Of a DNA stretch of 64,000 nt, positions 7,596 through 15,031 are shown one piece after another (positions within the stretch are counted from its first letter, which is position 1; each line of letters opens with the position of its first letter). The translations under genes were made by a program, and so were the position numbers. Source of the DNA: an uncultured delta proteobacterium (lineage in GTDB: Bacteria; Myxococcota; B64-G9); contig CAVWHX010000005.1 of NCBI GenBank assembly GCA_963754925.1, positions 96,001 to 160,000 on the forward strand, read 5' to 3'. A model generated the notes under the pieces. That model was not told where the DNA came from. It was given only the letters and a program-made list of their open reading frames with translations, and ran no database searches.

Positions 7596-10355
7596 TCATC
7601 CCTTGACAGAGCCCCAGTTGTGACCCGCGGTCATCTCGGAGACTGCATGGTTCGAAGTGATGAAGTTGACAAGATTTCCATATACTCGTTCGATGAAATC
7701 GAATTTGAGTATATTATGCGACAACAGGTAGAGGTTGAAACGGACCAGCCCGCGTTCTACAGCATTCAGGTGGAGCACTCTATGAAACAGACGTCTTGAA
7801 AAGGACAAGCCCGTCTTCTCTTCCAGTTTTGAAAGATAATATTCGGCATACTCATCGATGGTCTGCTTTGGAGTATTCTCTGGAAGCACGTAAACAAGAA
7901 ACTCTATCAAGTCGTGCTGTGGGTTCTGATAGCACGCAAGCTCCCAGTCATAGACCACCAATCGGACTTCTTCCGTCTCGTCCCTTAAACAGATGTTTCG
8001 AGAGTTAAAATCGTTGTGGGTCAACGTCATGGGAAAGGCATTCATCTCATCGATCCGCTCGCTCAGGTGGTCGAGAAAATCAAAATAAATCCGTTTACAC
8101 GAATCATTCAGCATCTCCGGGAACTGCCGTGCATTATGGTCGGTCAGCTCGACTAAGAATTTGTGAGCACCGTACAGTTTTTCTTTGTTGAGCGTGTTGA
8201 CCGACATCTCTTTCGGAATTGCGGCGCGGTCGTTAAAATAAACCGCATGCATACCGGCCAGATCATTCAGCACCGTTTTTATATTCCGATCATTCCATTG
8301 GGTAAGGTCGGTTCCCGAGTCGATGCCCGGTAGGGTTGACAGATCTTCCATGAGAATGGCGAACAATTCTCTCTCGTCGTCTATCATGGACCCGTAAATC
8401 TTGGGGACGTAGCGCAATATTTCTTTTCTCGCCCCGCGATAAAACTCGACTTCGCGCTTGTTGCTGTTGGTGAAACCGAAGATGTGTTCCTGGCTTTCGT
8501 AGAGTCCGGGCAGCGTGTCTTCTCCGGTCAGCCGCGCCAAACCGGCGCCGATCTCAACGATGTGATGGTCCGCGGGTTTGAGCTTGAGCACCGTTGCGAT
8601 ATCTTTCTCACCGTCGCTGCTTTCGACTCTGAGCCGGTATCTGAAAATGCCCACTATCGATTTCGAGCGGTCCTGCAGTAGTTTCGTGATAATGCTCGCA
8701 TCCTGTAACAGGGGTTCTTCTTTTAACGAGAGGGCACGAGCGTTGCTATCTGATAACAAAGAGGTAAAGAAGCCAATGCCAATAGAATCCTTCGACAGTT
8801 TCTTTACGGGCCGATTTCTGCCGAGGCGTTCGTGGGCCATGACGAATTCGTTTGCGCAAATAGCGGCCGAGGTAGATATGTCGAGCGCGAGGCAGGTTGC
8901 GGCCAGGATTTCGGCAAATCTGAAAAGCTTGCCCGGTCCATAGCAGCCCATCATTTCGAGACAATCTCTCTGGGTAGGCAGCTTGGTGCCTCCACCGACC
9001 GTTCCGATGACGAGGGAGGGTAGGCTCATGTTGAAGGTTAACCCGTCGCCGTCTTTCTTCGGCTTGAAGATGCCCAACGCCGATTCAGGGACGGAGGCGA
9101 TATCCTGTCCTGTTGCTGTAAATACGCCGGCTATGACGTTCGCAAAATTACAATTGTACCCCAGCATGCCGATATGGAGCCCTGAGGCGCTGGCCACCTC
9201 GTCGGCTCTCATAATCATTTCGGGATCAATCCGTAGTATGTCCTTGAGTATCTTGCCCGGCACATGAACAGTCGCTGTGACGCTGGTCCCCCTTCCGACG
9301 ACGAAATTCTGGGCATTGGCCTTTTTATCGCCGGACATGTTTCCTTCGACGACATAGTTAACGTATTTTATGGATTTATCGTCTTTGATCTCTCTGATGA
9401 GCCACTCACAGGCATACCACGTACATGCGGTTGTCATATTTTGCCCGGCGGCATCGCCGGTCGTGTACCGGAATCGAGCAGTAACCGATGCGCCGAATAC
9501 GAGCGTTTCGATATCCGTAAGTCTCCCCACCGAAGAGACTGAGTTCGTTTTCTCACTGATTTTTTCAAAATTGGCGTGTATCCATCGCTCCAAATTGATG
9601 GCGCCGTGCATGTCCTCGCAAAAGAATACGGGGGCGCGGATCATCGATTGACGCGTGACCGCGACGGTTACGCCTCCGGAGTTGTTGCAGACCCTGGCGC
9701 CCCGGTTGATGGAGCTTACGAGGGCCCCCTCGGTCGTTGCAATAGGGATCGGAACGTACCCGCTCGTGTAGGTGCCGTTTACTAAAATGGGCCCCGCCAG
9801 CCCTACGGGTATCTGAACTGCCCCTATATAGTTTTCAATGTTTCCCGGCAGTGATTCCGGGTTGAGTATTGATTTTTCGATGTTCTGCAGGCTTGCGCCG
9901 GAAACACCCCTTGCCCAATTCAATCTCGCGCTGACTGCCGCTTCGGAGTAGTGTTCATCGCCCGTAAAATACGGAATCTCTTTATGATTATGATCTCCGG
10001 AAGTCTGAGACGGCTTCGTCTGATTCAAAGATCTAATTATCTCGTTCAATAGCATCTCCGTCTTTTCATTCGGCGCAACGATCCCGATACGAAGATGTTT
10101 TGTTTCGTGGTTTTTCGTTATGTGAGCAACCCGTAGGCCGCTTATCGCATATTCCGATTCGGGTTTTCCCAGGTACATCAGTGGAATATAATCGCCCTGA
10201 TTTAATTCGGGATTCTCTGCGGTGACAATTCCCAACCCATTCCGGCTGACATCACTAATCATGCCGGTATACGTTTTGCCGTCAAAAAAGAAGAAGACCA
10301 GAGGCTGCCTCTGGTCATGATAGTATGTTCTTGAAGACTCACGTCCGGTTGTCAC
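7596..10355 (-). CDS. Three-domain protein: PilZ-like domain + class I-type HMG-CoA reductase + APH/choline-kinase-like phosphotransferase
   Basis: GTG start at 10355 with AGGAGG 6 nt upstream (track start is 10376). PilZ motifs RESSR and DVSRNG. HMGR motifs ENYIG, ATTEGALV, TGDAAGQNM, DKK, TGQD, GTVGGGT and AHERL. Kinase motifs ILMEDL, HNDFNSRN and DWE. Confidence 0.88.
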   Translation of the reverse strand: MTTGRESSRTYYHDQRQPLVFFFFDGKTYTGMISDVSRNGLGIVTAENPELNQGDYIPLMYLGKPESEYAISGLRVAHITKNHETKHLRIGIVAPNEKTEMLLNEIIRSLNQTKPSQTSGDHNHKEIPYFTGDEHYSEAAVSARLNWARGVSGASLQNIEKSILNPESLPGNIENYIGAVQIPVGLAGPILVNGTYTSGYVPIPIATTEGALVSSINRGARVCNNSGGVTVAVTRQSMIRAPVFFCEDMHGAINLERWIHANFEKISEKTNSVSSVGRLTDIETLVFGASVTARFRYTTGDAAGQNMTTACTWYACEWLIREIKDDKSIKYVNYVVEGNMSGDKKANAQNFVVGRGTSVTATVHVPGKILKDILRIDPEMIMRADEVASASGLHIGMLGYNCNFANVIAGVFTATGQDIASVPESALGIFKPKKDGDGLTFNMSLPSLVIGTVGGGTKLPTQRDCLEMMGCYGPGKLFRFAEILAATCLALDISTSAAICANEFVMAHERLGRNRPVKKLSKDSIGIGFFTSLLSDSNARALSLKEEPLLQDASIITKLLQDRSKSIVGIFRYRLRVESSDGEKDIATVLKLKPADHHIVEIGAGLARLTGEDTLPGLYESQEHIFGFTNSNKREVEFYRGARKEILRYVPKIYGSMIDDERELFAILMEDLSTLPGIDSGTDLTQWNDRNIKTVLNDLAGMHAVYFNDRAAIPKEMSVNTLNKEKLYGAHKFLVELTDHNARQFPEMLNDSCKRIYFDFLDHLSERIDEMNAFPMTLTHNDFNSRNICLRDETEEVRLVVYDWELACYQNPQHDLIEFLVYVLPENTPKQTIDEYAEYYLSKLEEKTGLSFSRRLFHRVLHLNAVERGLVRFNLYLLSHNILKFDFIERVYGNLVNFITSNHAVSEMTAGHNWGSVKG

Positions 10356-10521
10356 GGCCGACCTCCTGCATTTCAAATAGCGTCTATGAATCCCAACCTT
10401 CGCCGTGCTTCTCGACGGTAGGCTTTAAGCACATTTTTGACTAGTTGCTAGAGATGGATGTGATCTGAGGATGCTCCCGGCATGAAACACCATGTATTTT
10501 ATGACGTTTCCACCGCACTTT

Positions 10522-10565
10522 TATTCACATACTTGTCACATAGTTGTCACAAACTTGTTTACTGC
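10522..10565. promoter_or_regulatory. Four 11-bp-period direct repeats (TTGTCAC core), OmpR/PhoB-type binding site candidate
   Basis: tattcacatac ttgtcacatag ttgtcacaaac ttgtttactgc, in the AT-rich intergenic region upstream of the lipid operon. Confidence 0.45.
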
Positions 10566-10961
10566 ATATATAAAATCTTACAGTTTGTCAAGGGGAAATT
10601 GAACTCGATGACAAAAGATATTTCTGTGTTAGGGTAATAAAATAGAGTGAATTGAAAAGCACGTTTGTTATGTTTGGTCCATTGATTTTGCGTGTCATCG
10701 TATCAAATCGCTCAATAGGCTTTCTCCGGTTCCTTTTTTGATCATTGACAAGCACGTGGTTTGAGAGTTAGGTTATGCCCAATTTCAAGGAAGCCCCGTG
10801 GGAATTAAAGGGTGCGAGGGTGTCTCAAAAATGTGTTTGAGTTTTCTACTCCTTATCCATAATCTCTGGCTAGGGAACATGCCCAAAATAAATAATCTGC
10901 GGTCAATACACAGGAGTCAGCCCAGTAGTTAAACGGTAACCAACGAAAGCGAGGTGGTCCT

Positions 10962-11360
10962 ATGAAACGAGTATTCCTAATTATCGGTGCGGTGCTCTTG
11001 GTTTCATCGTTGGCCTTGGCGGGGAGTCCCAAAACCTATCAGGTCACGGGACCGGTTCTGGATGTCAAAGATGATAGCGTCACGGTTCTGAAGGGCAAAG
11101 ATAAGTGGGAAATCGCCAAGGACGCCGATACCAAGGTGACCGGAGATCTCAAAGTCGGCTCCAAGGTGACGATCGAATACACCATGACGGCCAAGAGCAT
11201 CGAAACGAAAGAAGTCCTCAGCAAGAAAGCGAAAGAGGCGGGCAAGAAGGCGGAGGAAGCCGGCAAGAAAGCGGGAGAGGCCGGCAAGAAAGCCGAAGAT
11301 GCCGGCAAGAAGGCGGAAGATGCTGGCAAGAAATTGGAAGATGTCGACCAGGGATTATAA
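10962..11360 (+). CDS. Small exported beta/OB-fold-like protein with C-terminal AGKKAE(E/D) heptad repeats
   Basis: Signal peptide ending ALA; GAGGTGG RBS; low-complexity K/A/E tail. Confidence 0.75.
   Translation: MKRVFLIIGAVLLVSSLALAGSPKTYQVTGPVLDVKDDSVTVLKGKDKWEIAKDADTKVTGDLKVGSKVTIEYTMTAKSIETKEVLSKKAKEAGKKAEEAGKKAGEAGKKAEDAGKKAEDAGKKLEDVDQGL
11221..11345 (+). repeat. Imperfect 21-bp tandem repeat, about 5-6 copies (coding)
   Basis: Units of gc(c/g/t)ggcaagaa(a/g)gc(g/c)ga(a/g)ga(a/g/t). Confidence 0.85.
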
Positions 11361-11481
11361 GAGGTTAAGCTGAAGATGAAATGAGCTAACCCGTTAACTG
11401 CGTGCCACCTATATCGAAATCGATTTGCTTGCTATGGGTTGCGAACCAGCGGTCTTGAATCTACTGATTCATCCCGTCTTT

Positions 11482-12573
11482 TTAACTATTTCTATAAAGT
11501 AAATTTTCGGCGTCAACAGGTAGATGTGACACCACCTGAGGAAAGTAAGTCGTCGTCCTGAACCAGGCCTCAAGGTCAACGGGTAGGAGCAAGAGGATGC
11601 TTGGGTCAAGGCCTTCATCCTCCAAGAGTTGTGCGGGTGTTTTAGCGCTCTTGGAGTAGTTGGGTCTGGCGAAGTTCCACCAGTGTTGGTAGATAGAGAC
11701 CTTCTGGAAGAAGTCCTGTCTGGATGTAAATGGTTCGAGATCAAAGAACTCCTGTTCAATGGATGCATGGGAACTCTCGACATCGGCGTGGGCGTTTGGG
11801 GTGGCAGGGGGCAGGAAGCGGTGGATGATCCCGGCCTGCTGGATTTTGGCATGGAAGCCTCGTTCCCGCTCGTTCTTGTCATGGCCACCATATTCGACGC
11901 CGTTGTCGGTGGACAAGATAGCACGGCGGAGGTTGACGAGATGCTTTTTCAGGTGGGTCAGCAAGCGCCGGGAGGTCATGGTGGCGTAGGTGGTGGAGAG
12001 CTCGTCGGCGTAAGAGATAAAGAGAGCACCGCTTTTGACATCACGGTGGGTGTACTGGTGTTTGGGGAGGCCGAGTTTCTTCATCTGCGGCCAGTAGGCG
12101 GGGATATCGAAGAGGGGTTTCATATCGGCCTGGAGGCGTTGGAAGCATCTGTATTTAGCTTTGATAGCCCGCAGGTCGTTTTTGCGCTGACGCTTTTTGC
12201 GACGGCGGCCCGATAAGCCTTGCTGGCGCAGGATGCGAGCGATGGCGCCAGAGGAAGCAGTGATTCCAAACAGGTCGCGCAGGCGGCGCGGTCCGAAGCA
12301 GGGAACCTTCTTGCGTGCGTTGAGGATCTTCGCTTCTTGGTACCGGGAAGTCTTGTGGGGGCAGGTCTTGGGTCTCCGGGAGCGGTCCTGGAGTGAGGTA
12401 CGACCGCCGGCGTCAAAGCGGGCACGCCATCGCCGTACGGTGTTGGGGGTGGTAGCAAAGGCACGCGCAGCGGGGCGTATGCCGTGGGTCGTGGCGTACT
12501 GCACCAACTGAAGGCGAAGCGAATATTTATGGTCTTTCGTGGTGGTCATGGCGTAATAACTAAATGGGGTCAG
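11482..12573 (-). CDS. IS481-like DDE transposase (HTH + integrase core)
   Basis: HTH GIRPAARAFATTPNTVRRW; DDE residues QADMK, STDNGVEY and DVESSH; WNFARPN. Start is uncertain (CTG 12573, ATG 12549 or ATG 12618). Confidence 0.9.
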   Translation of the reverse strand: MTPFSYYAMTTTKDHKYSLRLQLVQYATTHGIRPAARAFATTPNTVRRWRARFDAGGRTSLQDRSRRPKTCPHKTSRYQEAKILNARKKVPCFGPRRLRDLFGITASSGAIARILRQQGLSGRRRKKRQRKNDLRAIKAKYRCFQRLQADMKPLFDIPAYWPQMKKLGLPKHQYTHRDVKSGALFISYADELSTTYATMTSRRLLTHLKKHLVNLRRAILSTDNGVEYGGHDKNERERGFHAKIQQAGIIHRFLPPATPNAHADVESSHASIEQEFFDLEPFTSRQDFFQKVSIYQHWWNFARPNYSKSAKTPAQLLEDEGLDPSILLLLPVDLEAWFRTTTYFPQVVSHLPVDAENLLYRNS

Positions 12574-12776
12574 GGCCGTACCTCCTTGTGATGAAAGTCT
12601 TCGCAAACCTTCATTCAAGAGGATTTTGGTCCTGACCTCATCTCCTTTTTTGTTGCCGCGGCTTCCTTGGGGGGCTAGCCCCCCAAGGAAGCTTTCCCTT
12701 CAACATTGCCAATCCCTTGCTCCCCATGCTCCTGAGAGCAGAAAGAGGTGGTGTCAGATCTACCTGGGCTTGCCCA
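11507..12776 (-). mobile_element. IS481-like insertion sequence (about 1270 bp) with 31-bp imperfect terminal IRs and a 14-16-bp flanking direct repeat
   Basis: Left end tcggcgtcaacaggtagatgtgacaccacct; reverse complement of right end tgggcaagcccaggtagatctgacaccacct. Direct repeat tataaagtaaattt(tc) at 11493-11508 and 12777-12792. Confidence 0.88.
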
Positions 12777-12832
12777 TATAAAGTAAATTTTCCATTGGAC
12801 ATAGACCTGTATTCATGATTGAGGTTTCGTTC

Positions 12833-13598
12833 ATGGAACAAAATCGAGCAACTTTTCGTCAAGGGCTCATGAAGCTTATCGAGCCGATTTATCCAAACAA
12901 CATAGTCGCCAGCATATATTGCGCCGTTGCGCTTGCCTTGTTGTTGGTGTATCTCTATCAGGGCAACGCCCTGTTTTTTATCTTTAACCGTGTTAGGTCC
13001 GCTTCTGCCGAACGCCGAACCCGCCGAGATTGAATGGTGGGGGGTGCTCTGTCAATTTTCAACGGCGTTTATGCTCTTTTTGATCGTACCAGCCGCGGCG
13101 CTGAAGCTTTTCACCCGCGAAAGCTTGCGGGATCTTGGCCTCGGGCTTGGCGATTGGAGATTTTACGTAATTTGGATAATTCCCATTGGTTTGGTGGTAA
13201 TGGCGGTGTCGGCTCTGGTTGCCTCCGTACAACCTGATTTTCTGGCCACCTATCCGATGGCAAAGTTTGCGGTAAAAAGCCCCGAACGTTTGGTGGTCTA
13301 TGAGCTGGCCTATGGGTTGCTCTACTACCTAGCCTACGAGGCATTTTTCCGAGGTTTCCTCCAGCTTGGATTGGCAAAGCATATCGGCGATCATCCGGCG
13401 ATACTGGTTCAAACGGCCATGACCACGCTGCTGCATATCGGAAAACCCGTCAATGAAATCTGGTCCGCACTCGCGGCTGGCTTTCTGTTCGGCCTCATAG
13501 TCGTGCGTACGCGCTCCATCTGGCCGTTGTTCGTTATCCATTGGGCGCTCGGTGTTATGACCGATCTTGCCTGCGCCCACGCATCGGGGATTTGGTAA
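12833..13598 (+). CDS. CPBP/CAAX (Abi-family) intramembrane metalloprotease, one frameshift near 12980
   Basis: YEAFFRG, LLHIGKP and IHWALG...D motifs. The N-terminus (MEQNRATF, with RBS gaggt) is in another frame and joins at a T run. Confidence 0.8.
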
Positions 13599-14575
13599 TG
13601 CGGGTATTGGTCACCGGCGCCGGTGGATTTATCGGCTCGATGCTCGCCAAACGGCTCCTGGCCGGCGGGCATGAGGTGCGTTGCTTGGTCCACCATGCCC
13701 GCGAACGGTTGCTCCGATTAAACGCCAAACTGGTTCAGGGCGATGTGACCAGGCCCGAGACCCTCAGGCCCGCCGTTACTGGAGTTGATGTTGTCTTTCA
13801 TCTTGCCGCGCGGGCCAGCGATTGGGGCAGCCGCGAGCTTTTTATGCGCATCAACGCGGGCGGGACGCAAAATCTACTCGATGCGGCGGTTGCCGCGGGC
13901 GTCAAACGGTTTGTGCTGCTGAGCTCGCTCGCCGTTCATCGGTTTATAGGATATATCGATGCTGACGAATCAACGCCGGCGGATCAGGATCGCTATCCGT
14001 ATAGTGCGTCAAAGGTCGCCGCCGAGCGCGCGGTCAGGGCTGCCCAGGATACCGGCCGGATCGCCACGACCATTATTAGGCCGGGAGCGGTGATACACGG
14101 GCCGGAAGATACCACTTCATTTATTCTCATGGCGCCGCTCCTGAAGAAGGGAAGCTGGCCTCACGTCGGCGGCGGAAGACCATTGATGTGCTACTCCTAC
14201 GTGGAAAATCTGGCCGACGGCTTGATTTTGGCCGGAACCCTTTCTCAGGGGGCTTCCGAGACCTTTGTTATTACTGACGATCTTCGTCTGACCTGGAAGG
14301 CATACGTTACTGCCTTAATGAGGGCCTTTCAGGTAAAGGAAAAAAGCTTCTCTGTTCCGGTTCCGATTGCCCGCGCCGCGGGCATAACGACGGAACTGCT
14401 TTTTCGCCTCGTTCGCGCGAAAAACCCGCCGCCGATTACCGACTATAGAACCGCCTTAGTTTCTCGAGACTTCCATTTCTCCTGCGAAAAAGCCAAGCGC
14501 ATGCTGGGATACCAACCAACCGTGCCTTTCGAAGAAGGCCTGAGACGCATTGTGGAGTGGTATCGACAACTTTAG
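13598..14575 (+). CDS. NAD-dependent epimerase/dehydratase, 3-beta-HSD/OleD-like extended SDR
   Basis: TGAGGFIG, HLAA and YSASK (YxxxK); TAATG coupling to the upstream gene. Confidence 0.88.
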   Translation: MRVLVTGAGGFIGSMLAKRLLAGGHEVRCLVHHARERLLRLNAKLVQGDVTRPETLRPAVTGVDVVFHLAARASDWGSRELFMRINAGGTQNLLDAAVAAGVKRFVLLSSLAVHRFIGYIDADESTPADQDRYPYSASKVAAERAVRAAQDTGRIATTIIRPGAVIHGPEDTTSFILMAPLLKKGSWPHVGGGRPLMCYSYVENLADGLILAGTLSQGASETFVITDDLRLTWKAYVTALMRAFQVKEKSFSVPVPIARAAGITTELLFRLVRAKNPPPITDYRTALVSRDFHFSCEKAKRMLGYQPTVPFEEGLRRIVEWYRQL

Positions 14576-14684
14576 AAAAATGTGATTAATTAAATCAATG
14601 TGACACGGTGTCGGAAATGCTGAGGATGAACATCGAGCATAGGATAGCGTTTTTAATTTTGAGATAAGGAAACTAGGCTTCATC

Positions 14685-15005
14685 ATGAGGGCGAAAGGAA
14701 ACAGACTATCGATAATCGCCAAATTTGTGAAGAAGACCTTTGGCGCGGATGGGTATTCAAAATGGTTCGACTAGCTGCATTACGATACCGGTGATTATCA
14801 GCTGTTAGAATATGAAAAAAATCGTGGGCTGATTAGAATCGCTAATCTTCCCCAACGCCATCCATTGTGGGAAGAATCCGTGGCGGGATTTATCGAAGGC
14901 ATCGGTCTGAAATTGAAGGTTGGACACCCGACGGCTATTATTACCAAATCCAGCTCTGATATCGATGGTGCCGGCTGTATTGAGCTGCTGCTCAACGGGA
15001 AGTAA
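14685..15005 (+). pseudogene. Probable degraded DUF2378/V4R-like gene with an in-frame TAG at 14772
   Basis: Hand translation MRAKGNRLSIIAKFVKKTFGADGYSKWFD*LHYDTGDY...VAGFIEGIG...CIELLLNGK. The central part seems to be missing relative to the family pattern. Confidence 0.4.
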
Positions 15006-15031
15006 TATCTAACGCCATACCCCGGATTGTC

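Noticed and set aside
7596..10355. Standard mevalonate-pathway operon
   Set aside because: No HMG-CoA synthase, GHMP kinases, decarboxylase or IDI nearby in the window.
10745..10961. Riboswitch in the long leader of the small exported protein
   Set aside because: No recognisable aptamer consensus by eye; a covariance-model search would be needed.
11221..11345. CRISPR array
   Set aside because: Contiguous 21-bp coding repeats with no spacers; no cas genes in the window.
1..14575. oleABCD olefin cluster
   Set aside because: The OleC-like and OleD-like genes are far apart on opposite strands, and no oleA or oleB is seen.
14772..14774. Pyrrolysine or amber read-through
   Set aside because: No pyl genes in view, TAG is used as a normal stop elsewhere, and the frame looks internally deleted.
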